Shown: positions 1 to 8,473, numbered from the stretch's first letter. The stretch: DNA of 35,682 nucleotides from an uncultured virus (IMG/VR IMGVR_UViG_3300027687_000005) (IMGVR_UViG_3300027687_000005), one strand, 5' to 3'. Notes: generated by a model not told the origin, from the letters alone. Numbers and translations are program-made.

Positions 1-4
1 AATT

Positions 5-706
5 TTACTCATCTCTCAATGCCACCCATGATACAGGGAATAACTCTTCCATCTTTAAACTAATGTCCCATGCTACCTTCTGTGTCTCTGCCTGTGTGTC
101 ATGGGTGCAACGAAGTTTACACATACGTGCGAAGGCATCAAGGCTACCTGACCAGTACCACTCAGTCATTGTGCTTTGTGGTAAGACCATACGTGCTTGT
201 TCGGGGGCTACACCTGCCTTGATAAGTAAGTCATACGCCTCAAAATCAGAATGCTTTTTCATCCATAGGTAATCTATCAGGGTGCCTTCTCCAGTAATGT
301 TCTCGAAATCTCCGCCACGATCACTCCAATCCTCTAGGTCTACAATACCATCAGAACCCTGTTTCTTATCAGCACTACGACCACGCCACACATCAGGCAC
401 ATAGAACTCAGGTTTATCATCGACGTAGCGCCTCGATACTTCATTCCACCGCAAAAACGAATGCTTGACCAACTGTCTTGCCACAAAAACAGGTGCCTTA
501 ACATGAAAAGATGCGAAGCAATGCCCGAATGGACTGATATGACCATGACTAGCTAAGTAGTTGATAAGCTTAGCATCTTTAGCTTTTAGTGTTGGTGGCC
601 CCCAAGTATTCTCTTCCATCTCAGATGTCTTACCAAAGCTAACACGGGCTGCATTGGCTACAGATAAGTCGCTGCCCATATGGTCTATATAAGTTGCTGT
701 TATCAT
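5..706 (-). CDS. thyX: Flavin-dependent thymidylate synthase ThyX
   Basis: N-terminal MGSDLSVANAARVSF, HISPF, ThyX motif variant RQLVKHSFLRWNEVSRRY, APEQARMVLP, LRC..TQAET. Confidence 0.96.
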   Translation of the reverse strand: MITATYIDHMGSDLSVANAARVSFGKTSEMEENTWGPPTLKAKDAKLINYLASHGHISPFGHCFASFHVKAPVFVARQLVKHSFLRWNEVSRRYVDDKPEFYVPDVWRGRSADKKQGSDGIVDLEDWSDRGGDFENITGEGTLIDYLWMKKHSDFEAYDLLIKAGVAPEQARMVLPQSTMTEWYWSGSLDAFARMCKLRCTHDTQAETQKVAWDISLKMEELFPVSWVALRDE

Positions 707-888
707 TAGAATGGTACCTCACCGTTGTGATCTCGTGGATCAATATAAAATCCTGGATTCATGTACTCAGGCTTAGTATGTCTCTCCATGATATCTTTCA
801 TTATGGCTTCATGCAGCTTACGTGTTGTGTCCTTAGGGTTTACCCCTTCTAGGCCCATCTCTTTGAGAAAGTCTTTTAAGGTACGCAT
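706..888 (-). CDS. Small hypothetical protein
   Basis: 60-aa ORF overlapping the primase stop and abutting the thyX start; ends in EVPF. Confidence 0.7.
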   Translation of the reverse strand: MRTLKDFLKEMGLEGVNPKDTTRKLHEAIMKDIMERHTKPEYMNPGFYIDPRDHNGEVPF

Positions 889-1670
889 TGTATAATCTCC
901 TTTAGTCGATCCAAGTCACCACTTAACTTGTATTTGATATCATCGTCAAGGCGGAAGGCTGTACTTTTAGCGCCTGTCCATAGTGCTATCTCTCTGCTGA
1001 ACTGCAACGTCTTGTGTGCTGCATCAGGGTCTAGTGCCACGATCACCCTGTCATACTCACCTATTTTAGCCATATGATTGGCTGTTAGTGATGTACCTAG
1101 GATAGCCATAGCTGTCACGTTAGGTAACTCCTGATAGGCTACTATAGCTGATACACAGTCCTCAACCACAAGCAGAGTAGTGCCCTGCCCTACCGTGTAG
1201 TAGTCAGCCTTGCCTGTGTAGCGATACCACTTAGGTGTCTTGCCGCCTACTGACCTACCGTTAGCGTCAATGATGCGGCCCTTGTAGTGAATAGGGAATA
1301 CAACACGTTCATCCTTAACGTCATACAGTAGCCGTGTATTCTGGATACCCCAGCGTCCAACAAACTGATGGAACTTATCGTGCTCTGTGCTGGGCTGTAC
1401 AACATACTCCGGTATCTCCATAGTCTCTGCCTCTCGTGCTACTGGTATTTCTCTATTAGATAACAGTAGCTTGATCTCTGCTGCTGTCATGTCTGTGTGA
1501 TGGTAGCCGCCTATCGAACAGTCCAACTTGTAACAGTTGTACTTTATCTGGCCCATCTCCTTTGTTACCGTAAAAGTATTCTTGGCATGGCATACAGGAC
1601 AGTTGAGCCTACGCGACTCATCATCACGCAAGTCCATGCTGTCGAGATACTTACGAATGTTCATCATCAT
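876..1670 (-). CDS. DNA primase (Zn finger plus TOPRIM)
   Basis: CPVC...CYKLDC Zn ribbon; TOPRIM motifs VVED, ILGT, VALDPDA. Confidence 0.9.
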   Translation of the reverse strand: MMMNIRKYLDSMDLRDDESRRLNCPVCHAKNTFTVTKEMGQIKYNCYKLDCSIGGYHHTDMTAAEIKLLLSNREIPVAREAETMEIPEYVVQPSTEHDKFHQFVGRWGIQNTRLLYDVKDERVVFPIHYKGRIIDANGRSVGGKTPKWYRYTGKADYYTVGQGTTLLVVEDCVSAIVAYQELPNVTAMAILGTSLTANHMAKIGEYDRVIVALDPDAAHKTLQFSREIALWTGAKSTAFRLDDDIKYKLSGDLDRLKEIIQCVP

Positions 1671-2562
1671 TTCCTCTGGCTGCTAGAGCCTTACTGGCCC
1701 CACTGAATGTATTGACCATGTACGGCTTAATGCTGGCTACGTTCTTATGCCCTGTTACCTGCATGATACCAGCAAGGTCAACCCCCGCCTCCATCATCTC
1801 AGTCACGGCTGTCCTGCGTAAATCCATAGCTGTTAGCTTTGATGGTAGCTTAGCTTCTTCTAGTAACGCATTGATAAGACGAGATATCTCCTCCTTATTG
1901 TAGGGCGTGTAGGCCCCTGCCTGTGGCTTAACTCGTGGTGCTACATAATCTTGGAAGCCAAAGTCGGACTTCTGCTGTTGCAACATTTTACACAATCCTG
2001 GACTGATAGGTAAGTGCACCTCTGCGCCTCGCTTAGACTGTGTTAAGTCCATGCGGCACTGTGTCAGGTCTAGCTTATCCCATTTAAGAACTCTCATGTC
2101 GCCTATACGCTGGCCCCAATCATAAGCCATATGCACAATCAGGGTAATACTTCTCCATTTGATATCACCGTAACCAACAGTCAGGAATTGCTTGATGTGC
2201 TCCTTCTCCCACTTCACCCGCCTAGTGGTGGATGCTTGTGTCTTTATGATTGATACAGGGTCATGGGTCATAACGTCCTTACGCAGGGAATACTTCCAAG
2301 CAACGCTAAGTGCTGCCTTCATGTAGTTGGCTGTGCGTACCCCTATCTTGACCCACCCTTCATAGGCGGTGTTAAGGTGGCTTGCTCTGATGTCCCCTAC
2401 CCTGAAGTTTTTTAGCATCTTACCGCTAACCTTAGTGTCTCCTACTTTCTGTAGGTAATTGTAGTAGGATGTTTGAGTGCTACCGCTGAGCCTAGCGAAG
2501 TCATCACTCTGCAAGTAGAAGTTAAAGACCTTCTCTAGCCTGTCTGTGCTCTTTGGTATCAT
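1651..2562 (-). CDS. int: Tyrosine recombinase/integrase
   Basis: Catalytic motifs GQRIGD (R), QSKRG (K), MDLRRT, TGHK and PY; RBS AGGAG upstream. Confidence 0.9.
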   Translation of the reverse strand: MIPKSTDRLEKVFNFYLQSDDFARLSGSTQTSYYNYLQKVGDTKVSGKMLKNFRVGDIRASHLNTAYEGWVKIGVRTANYMKAALSVAWKYSLRKDVMTHDPVSIIKTQASTTRRVKWEKEHIKQFLTVGYGDIKWRSITLIVHMAYDWGQRIGDMRVLKWDKLDLTQCRMDLTQSKRGAEVHLPISPGLCKMLQQQKSDFGFQDYVAPRVKPQAGAYTPYNKEEISRLINALLEEAKLPSKLTAMDLRRTAVTEMMEAGVDLAGIMQVTGHKNVASIKPYMVNTFSGASKALAARGNDDEHS

Positions 2563-2709
2563 CTTTTATTTCTCCTTTCTGTTTTTTTGATAAGTGACCT
2601 GCCCAATGAGTGCAGTCATCGTGCGGATCGTCCTCATTGGGTAGTCCCTCAAAAGGCATAGGCTATAAGCAAACCAATAAAGGGCCATAGGATAAAGATA
2701 GTTATTAGT

Positions 2710-2955
2710 TTATCTAGCATACTTTGGCCCCTTACGGCTGCGAGTGTTGGTCAAGAGTGTACGGCCCTTGGCTGTTCTGAGGCGTACCTGCATCACACCT
2801 GCCTCTTTGAGTAAGCGATCCATTAGAATGGTTGCATCATAGGGTGTGAACACTGTTGTTACATAGAACTCAGAATTGCTGATTGTTTTGTATACCTTCA
2901 AGGCTCTACTTGGTATCATTGCTCTGACACTCCCAATACTCCACCGTTTTCCCAC
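2710..2955 (-). CDS. Early hypothetical protein (true start probably near 2919)
   Basis: ORF in the co-oriented early cluster; ATG at 2919 overlaps the upstream stop (ATGA). Confidence 0.6.
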   Translation of the reverse strand: MGKRWSIGSVRAMIPSRALKVYKTISNSEFYVTTVFTPYDATILMDRLLKEAGVMQVRLRTAKGRTLLTNTRSRKGPKYAR

Positions 2956-3176
2956 TCAGCATACAGCCCATTGTCAGACAGGATGTCGTTGATCCTGTGG
3001 TTCACACCAAAGTCATCCAGCCCTGCATCAAACTCTCTGTAGTAGTCAGCCCACACTGTGTCATAGTTTTCCTCTGCTGAGATGCGGAAGGTATCATCAC
3101 CGTTGTAGCCACCCTCATAGACGGGAACGCCAATCTTTTTTAGCTGATTGAATGCTGTCCTGTAGTTACGTTTCAT
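2916..3176 (-). CDS. Early hypothetical protein
   Basis: 86-aa ORF with GLYAEWEN motif, translationally coupled. Confidence 0.75.
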   Translation of the reverse strand: MKRNYRTAFNQLKKIGVPVYEGGYNGDDTFRISAEENYDTVWADYYREFDAGLDDFGVNHRINDILSDNGLYAEWENGGVLGVSEQ

Positions 3177-3307
3177 TACTTCATCTCCTCTCTAGCTTCT
3201 ACGTATGCCTTATACAGCGTATCGCATACATGGTCTTCCATGCCTTTAGGAACCTTTACGTGCTCCTCTATTATGGCAATAATCTTAGCTTTTGTTTTCT
3301 TGTCCAT
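3176..3307 (-). CDS. Small early protein (43 aa, not in ORF track)
   Basis: MDKKTKAKIIAII...EAREEMK; GGAG RBS; TAATG coupling at both ends. Confidence 0.6.
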   Translation of the reverse strand: MDKKTKAKIIAIIEEHVKVPKGMEDHVCDTLYKAYVEAREEMK

Positions 3308-3486
3308 TACTTCTCTCCTTTGATGTAACACTGCTCTACCTCACCTGAAGTAAGAGCGCAATTAAAACCGTTATTCTCGTAAATGGCACAGATCATGTTG
3401 CCATCCCACCACACTTTGTAGCCATCACTAGCCCAGCGCACATCCTTACCCTCCGCTAGGGCCTTGGTTAACTCTCTAAGTAACAT
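3307..3486 (-). CDS. Small early protein (59 aa, not in ORF track)
   Basis: MLLRELTKALAEGKDVRWASDGYKV...; fills the gap between neighbours exactly. Confidence 0.65.
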   Translation of the reverse strand: MLLRELTKALAEGKDVRWASDGYKVWWDGNMICAIYENNGFNCALTSGEVEQCYIKGEK

Positions 3487-3729
3487 CTATTCATCTCCCT
3501 TGATGATACCGCAAAGCTCTAACATCTGCTCTGCATAGTCGGATTGACCGTTGAAAATCTCTTGTGCTTCATCTGAGTAGCTAACATCATCACCCTTTGT
3601 GTTTGGTGGGTACATGTCAAACCCTCGTGCGTTACATATGTGCATAGTCATTTCATCTGCAATAGTTGAATATAACTCTACAAAGATGTGTGGCGGTATT
3701 ACCACTGCCTGTGCTGGTTCGTTAGACAT
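3487..3729 (-). CDS. Early hypothetical acidic protein
   Basis: 80-aa ORF with GGAG RBS. Confidence 0.7.
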   Translation of the reverse strand: MSNEPAQAVVIPPHIFVELYSTIADEMTMHICNARGFDMYPPNTKGDDVSYSDEAQEIFNGQSDYAEQMLELCGIIKGDE

Positions 3730-3741
3730 TAATATTCTCCT

Positions 3742-3945
3742 CTACTGTAAGAAATGATCCATTACTTCGCAGTAAGTATCTGTGTCTAGTGTGTACTTGT
3801 TATGGTATTCGTCAAAGACTTCATCAGGGGCCTCACTGTTGATGTAAGTCTCAACCGCATCGTCATCCATATCGGCTGGTACTTCATAAACAGGGAACCA
3901 TGTATCTGTGCGTGTTACTTTTAGTTGAACTTTACGAGTTTTCAT
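3742..3945 (-). CDS. Early hypothetical acidic protein
   Basis: 67-aa ORF, ATGA overlap with upstream gene. Confidence 0.7.
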   Translation of the reverse strand: MKTRKVQLKVTRTDTWFPVYEVPADMDDDAVETYINSEAPDEVFDEYHNKYTLDTDTYCEVMDHFLQ

Positions 3946-4169
3946 CCCTTGTTCTCCTCTATGAAAGCAAAGCCACCGCCGTTGCCCTCCTCATCCTGAG
4001 ACAGTGAAACCATAAGTTCACCACCCCCCTCACTGTTAGGCTTTTGTATGATAAACACAGGCCAATCTCTCGCACCGTATTCATCCTCCTGAAAGTAAAA
4101 GCTTACAATCTTGCAGCCTACTAGCTGCCTAAAATATTTATCCATGTCCATTAGATATACTCCTCCCAC
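3942..4169 (-). CDS. Early hypothetical protein (start probably 4151)
   Basis: C-terminal SQDEEGNGGG motif; ATG at 4151 coupled to upstream TAA. Confidence 0.7.
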   Translation of the reverse strand: MGGVYLMDMDKYFRQLVGCKIVSFYFQEDEYGARDWPVFIIQKPNSEGGGELMVSLSQDEEGNGGGFAFIEENKG

Positions 4170-4342
4170 TCATAGGGTGTGATGCCTGTCATTACAAACT
4201 CACGTTCATCTGCGCTTAGGTTAGGCATGGCATCCTGTGCCAGCATACCGCAATTCCAAGCATGTAAAGCACCCTCCGATAGGTCAAGGCGCATTGTGTT
4301 TGTTCTGCCCGTCAGTGGGCTTCGGCGTGTGATAGTAATCAT
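4151..4342 (-). CDS. Conserved early phage protein
   Basis: SPLTG..NTM...AQDAMPNLSADEREFVMTGITP.EW pattern; TAATG coupling. Confidence 0.75.
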   Translation of the reverse strand: MITITRRSPLTGRTNTMRLDLSEGALHAWNCGMLAQDAMPNLSADEREFVMTGITPYEWEEYI

Positions 4343-5070
4343 TATGCATACTCCTTTTCATCAATACTGTTAAACTCATATACTGCTGTAGCAAAGCCAC
4401 GGGGTGTGGCAGAGCGTATATCTTTAGTGCGCTGTGACTTACCGCCAAGCTTTAGGTGCTGCCTACTGTGGCCCTGCTCTGGTGCTACGGGATCAGTCCA
4501 AGGCATCTTGAAGCCCCCGCCTGTCCATAGGCATGTCTTCTTGGGGTAGGCATCACGTTCTGCAATGTACTCAGGCCAACGTGGGTGCTCTGCCTGATCG
4601 TCAGGGATATAGCCGCCATACTCATAGGGGTGAAAACTGTAGTCAGGCTTGCGCCACTTGGTAGCTAACACTGACACGGGGTTCTCTATGAAGTAAGGGA
4701 TAGCCATGCCGTTGAACATACGCGCCACCGCCGTTGCATGTCCTACTGCATCAGCCTGAAAGAAGGGGTTGGCCTCTGCCTTGCGCTTGAAGTGTGCCGC
4801 ACCGCTTACAGCCATGTCAGTACAGACAGGGAAAGCCATGCCGAATACTACAGGCTTATCACCAAACTCTGATTGTATGGCGTTTAGTGTAGCTTGATCA
4901 TGCAGGTCAGCGTGGCGGTAGTGGATGTTTCCCAAGCCCCAAAAGTCTGTTGTATGTCCCTCTACAGGGTGTTGAATGTCAAAGGCGTAGCAAGTGTAAC
5001 CTGCTTCAGCCCATGGCTTTAGTGCTTCGCCTGTGAAGTCGTACAGGCTCAAAACGATACCTTTGCTCAT
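4342..5070 (-). CDS. Phage DNA (cytosine-5) methyltransferase-like protein
   Basis: VLSLYDFTG (motif I variant), FDI, FPVCT (catalytic PxC-like), IENP (motif VI-like). Confidence 0.75.
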   Translation of the reverse strand: MSKGIVLSLYDFTGEALKPWAEAGYTCYAFDIQHPVEGHTTDFWGLGNIHYRHADLHDQATLNAIQSEFGDKPVVFGMAFPVCTDMAVSGAAHFKRKAEANPFFQADAVGHATAVARMFNGMAIPYFIENPVSVLATKWRKPDYSFHPYEYGGYIPDDQAEHPRWPEYIAERDAYPKKTCLWTGGGFKMPWTDPVAPEQGHSRQHLKLGGKSQRTKDIRSATPRGFATAVYEFNSIDEKEYA

Positions 5071-5214
5071 GATAAAATCTCCACTGTTACAGTAATATTT
5101 TGCATGGCTGCATATGCTTCCGCATGTTTGTCAGCCTCTTGAAGGGTTTTCACCGTATGAAAGCACAAGGCTGTGCCATCTGTGGTGCGTGTTAGGTGTA
5201 GTCTAAGCATGGCC

Positions 5215-5454
5215 CTAGAACCTTTCTGCTAGTTGTGCGGCTGTCATAAACGTAACCTTTTTAGTCTCACGGGTGAACGCCTCAATCATACGATTTTCCC
5301 AGCCATGCGTGATTGCATAGACCCAGCCTGCATCTGCCTCTGTGTGAAGGGTGCGCGTTGCACCCTCCCTATCTATCACGATAAACTTGAAGCGGGGGTT
5401 GCCTTGGGCGCTGCGAGTGAGGCGGCGCATTGATTTGACGAAATAGCGTTCCAT
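5215..5454 (-). CDS. Early hypothetical protein
   Basis: 79-aa ORF with S..GNPRF motif, co-oriented. Confidence 0.7.
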   Translation of the reverse strand: MERYFVKSMRRLTRSAQGNPRFKFIVIDREGATRTLHTEADAGWVYAITHGWENRMIEAFTRETKKVTFMTAAQLAERF

Positions 5455-5459
5455 GTTGA

Positions 5460-5696
5460 TTATCCTGCGAAGTGGCGCACACGGCGCGTTGTGGTTTTGT
5501 TGGCACTCTTTTCGATATAGATAGAGCGCTTGCCGAAGTGCACGGCCTGCATACTTTTACCCTTATCTAAGCCCCAGCGCCGCACCTTTTGGCGCTTACG
5601 TGTTAGACCTTTGAGGCCACACAGATTAAAGCGGAAACCATCAGTGCGATCATTAAGCGGCTTTGTTGCGATACATATAAACATTAGTCGTTCCAT
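5460..5696 (-). CDS. Basic early hypothetical protein
   Basis: Arg/Lys-rich 78-aa ORF, co-oriented with neighbours. Confidence 0.7.
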   Translation of the reverse strand: MERLMFICIATKPLNDRTDGFRFNLCGLKGLTRKRQKVRRWGLDKGKSMQAVHFGKRSIYIEKSANKTTTRRVRHFAG

Positions 5697-5872
5697 TCTG
5701 GCTGCGCCATTAGAGTTGATTTTACTTCTTTGGTACTGATCCCAAAATGATCAGCAACCTGTTGCACCGTCAAGTTAGTGCTGTCGAATAGTTCTATGAT
5801 TTCCCAATCCTGTGGTTTATTTGTCATACTAATACCCCATCCCATTTTGATGTTACTGTGGCATAGCCACAC
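5684..5872 (-). CDS. Small HTH-like protein (start probably 5827)
   Basis: LTVQQVADHFGISTKEVKSTL resembles a helix-turn-helix; ATG at 5827 overlaps upstream TGA. Confidence 0.6.
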   Translation of the reverse strand: MWLCHSNIKMGWGISMTNKPQDWEIIELFDSTNLTVQQVADHFGISTKEVKSTLMAQPEWND

Positions 5873-6027
5873 TTTAATAAGCCCCGCAAAAAACCACGCT
5901 GAAACGGGCTGTCAGGTGGGTCATAGTCAAAAGATGATATTGCCACATCAACATTAAAATTAGGGTCATCAGCAGACTTTGTGGCGGCTTCACGGCCTGC
6001 GTGATAGCGTTCTAGGTTATGTGTCAC
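5824..6027 (-). CDS. Early hypothetical protein
   Basis: GTG start with AGGAG RBS; DPPDSPFQRG motif. Confidence 0.7.
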   Translation of the reverse strand: MTHNLERYHAGREAATKSADDPNFNVDVAISSFDYDPPDSPFQRGFLRGLLKCGYATVTSKWDGVLV

Positions 6028-6223
6028 CGTATTGCTCCTTTATTTTAGATCGGCTTTAATTATAGCCCACACGTGAATAGCCTGTGTTTTCTTGGGCATG
6101 TTTGGTGCGTGACGTTTTACAGCCTTAAAAAACTTAATGATCTCTTTAATGGTTTTCATAATAGTTTCTCCTTTGTTGGTTGTGCCTTAATGATACAGCC
6201 CCTCAAGGCTGTACTTTTAAAGC

Positions 6224-6421
6224 TTAGAAGCGGCCCTCTAGAAAGTCGCGTGCCTCAGTATTTAGATGACCAAGAAAGCCACCCGTTTGGATAGGCTGCC
6301 CCTTTCTAAAGGCTGTTATTTCTTCGCGTTCTGCGTTGATCATCATTACCTTGCGTTGGCCTGTTAGGCCTCCCGCTTTGGTGATCTCTAAAAAACCGAA
6401 GTCGCGTTGTATTATTAGCAT
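6224..6421 (-). CDS. Early hypothetical protein, paralog of 4151-4342
   Basis: Shares IT....LTG....M ... A...G...Q ... L....R.F..G pattern. Confidence 0.65.
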   Translation of the reverse strand: MLIIQRDFGFLEITKAGGLTGQRKVMMINAEREEITAFRKGQPIQTGGFLGHLNTEARDFLEGRF

Positions 6422-6431
6422 GTTAATCCCC

Positions 6432-7064
6432 TTATATGTTGTGGATGCGTTTCCACGTTGTCCAAGTTATTGCTTGCAATTCGCTTGGCTTGATCTTTAT
6501 GCGCTTAGCTGCCGTTACGTATGCCGCTTGCAATTCACGATACTGCTTTTTCCCCATGTTAGTTTTGTCACTTGTTAAGCCTTCGCGCTTGCCCCTTGCG
6601 ATATTGAGCGCATGACCATCGATAGTCACCTCATCTAGCCCACGAATATTAGAGTAGAATGAACGTATTTTCTGCCCATTGAGACGGGTTAAGATAGCAT
6701 CATCATCGGTCAAGTTATCCTCTAGAATGGACCAAGCTTTCTGTTTCATTTTATTGTAACATGACACCTTAAAATCATCCAAAGTCTCACCGTTTACCCA
6801 TGCCTGACACATACGCAAACCATCCTTGCAATTGCGCTCCCAACGATTGTTAGGCGATAGGCCAGCAAAAACGCCTATAACTGATTTTTCATCAACACCA
6901 GTCGTTAAGCTAACCCATGCCGCCATGCGCTTGGCTCTATCATACCATTCCACACCATCCGCAACATCTGATACAGTTGCAATTCGGTATGTCTTAAGGA
7001 TGTTTTTGACATATCCCATAGTTGATGGAAGGTTTGGGTTTTGTTTGATTGTAAAGGCTTTCAT
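6432..7064 (-). CDS. DUF7178-like protein, possibly DNA glycosylase (HhH-like) fold
   Basis: Motifs WY, LSPNNRWERN, GQKIRSFY.NI, VTIDGHA, LQAITW. ATG at 7064 has a GGAG RBS, so it is preferred to the 7160 start. Confidence 0.7.
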   Translation of the reverse strand: MKAFTIKQNPNLPSTMGYVKNILKTYRIATVSDVADGVEWYDRAKRMAAWVSLTTGVDEKSVIGVFAGLSPNNRWERNCKDGLRMCQAWVNGETLDDFKVSCYNKMKQKAWSILEDNLTDDDAILTRLNGQKIRSFYSNIRGLDEVTIDGHALNIARGKREGLTSDKTNMGKKQYRELQAAYVTAAKRIKIKPSELQAITWTTWKRIHNI

Positions 7065-7126
7065 AGTATTATCTCCGGTTGGGTTAATATTATAAAGTGA
7101 CACTATTAAAAGTGTCACCGTTAATA

Positions 7127-7336
7127 TTAAAACGCTGTTGCCTCTATTTCTTTGCGCCAACTATCCCTCTCTTTTACATCTTTGCGGCAAGCTTTTATCG
7201 CGCTATCTATTGTTTTTCTATTGCCTATCAATTCAGCAATATCATCATCTGAATAACACTCAACTAATATGTCCCAACCGTCTTTTTCATAGTTGGAACA
7301 AGCAAAAGCTTTAACGGCATCAATTAGGTTTTTCAT
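7127..7336 (-). CDS. First early gene, hypothetical
   Basis: NYEKDGWDILVEC motif; leader CCGGAGATAATA identical to that of the next gene. Confidence 0.75.
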   Translation of the reverse strand: MKNLIDAVKAFACSNYEKDGWDILVECYSDDDIAELIGNRKTIDSAIKACRKDVKERDSWRKEIEATAF

Positions 7337-7354
7337 TTTATTATCTCCGGCTTG

Positions 7355-7480
7355 GTTGATACATTGATAGGGTAAGCTTTAAAGATCGAGCGCATTGCTG
7401 AAACAGTCTATTGCGTAACCTCTTGTCTCTTTGGCGCATGCCGTAGCATGTTTCGCCCTTACCCTACTGAATGTATTAAC
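7355..7480 (-). ncRNA. Structured leader RNA of the early transcript (multi-way junction with cUACGg tetraloop)
   Basis: Nested inverted repeats 7355-65/7470-80 and 7368-76/7458-66; inner arms 7381-7432 and 7433-7457. Confidence 0.55.
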
Positions 7481-7570
7481 TACCATTATCGGCGCTTGGC
7501 CTAGGTGGGTTCAGTCTATTTATTTTCAAATAACGTGGTCAGTCTCTTCACTGCCTGTTTGATGTAACAA

Positions 7571-7599
7571 CTTAGATATTAAATCGGAATGATTGGCAA
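7571..7599 (-). promoter_or_regulatory. Possible sigma70 early promoter
   Basis: TTGCCA -35 on the minus strand upstream of the early arm; -10 is weak. Confidence 0.35.
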
Positions 7600-7686
7600 G
7601 TAAAAAAGATGCATGTTTTTACCATAAGAATAATTGAGTGACAAATAAGACACAATGGCTTGTGCCAGTATGTAAAACATCAATGG

Positions 7687-7746
7687 TTTTTTACACTACT
7701 TATATAGGCAGGAAAATCACATCTTTTTTACACTACTTATATAGGC
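7687..7746. repeat. 23-bp perfect direct repeat, two copies
   Basis: TTTTTTACACTACTTATATAGGC at 7687-7709 and 7724-7746. Confidence 0.9.
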
Positions 7747-7908
7747 TCTATTTGGGGCCATTTATCACCGTATTGATAGCCATATGCAATAAGCTGAATA
7801 TGAACGTAGAAGCTGGTTTTAGAGCCGCTGGAATGTTTCATGGGGCCAGTAGGTCGCAAGTCGCAGAAAGTTTCCCCCCACTAGAAACGCCGCACATTGC
7901 CTGTGTGA

Positions 7909-7991
7909 TTGATAATGGTTCGCAACTAATCGCTGAAATGAGGTTTTCTAGCTGGATTTCACTCTCAGGAATATATGAGAACCATTATCAA
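7909..7991. promoter_or_regulatory. Pair of inverted Fur-box-like sites
   Basis: TGATAATGGTTCGCA (7910-24) and TGAGAACCATTATCA (7976-90) versus 7-1-7 consensus TGATAATnATTATCA. Confidence 0.5.
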
Positions 7992-8421
7992 CTAGGAGGA
8001 TGTATCACATTCAAGTTGTTGCATGTATAGTAATACATTCCAGGACTTGAATATGTTATTGCTACATCAACAAGTCTCACATATAGAGCGGTATTAGTTG
8101 TGATCACATTGTTATGGGTACTTGCTCGGCTAGGTGGCATTTTGTGATCACAAGGGGGATAGGGTAGGGCGGAAACCTATTGTGCAATACTACTGACTAA
8201 CAATCAGTTGTAATATGTAGCAAAAACAATACTTTACCTATTATAGTATAGGCTTATTTGTAGGGCAGGGGAGGGGAGACGATACAAAAACCCTTATTTA
8301 TATGGCTCTAGCCTCATCGTACCTTATAAAAGAGGGGGCGCGCATGCACCACTGGGGGGTGTGGGGTAGTACGTACACCTACAAATACACAGAAGTGGTT
8401 TTTTAGTTTGTGACACACCCC

Positions 8422-8451
8422 TTTACAAATACATATACATAGTGTATAACT
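8422..8451 (+). promoter_or_regulatory. Promoter upstream of the HNH gene
   Basis: TTTACA-17-TATAAC followed by AAGGAG RBS. Confidence 0.65.
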
Positions 8452-8473
8452 CTATATAATAAAGGAGATACCT

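Noticed and set aside
6432..7160. Extended N-terminus with apparent TM segment
   Set aside because: It spans an intergenic hairpin; ATG 7064 has a clear RBS identical to the neighbouring gene's leader.
7433..7457. Hammerhead ribozyme (GAAAC plus stem)
   Set aside because: No CUGAnGA core and no UH cleavage triplet after the stem.
7638..8030. 130-aa plus-strand ORF
   Set aside because: No RBS or recognisable motif, and it runs across direct repeats and operator-like palindromes; probably non-coding.
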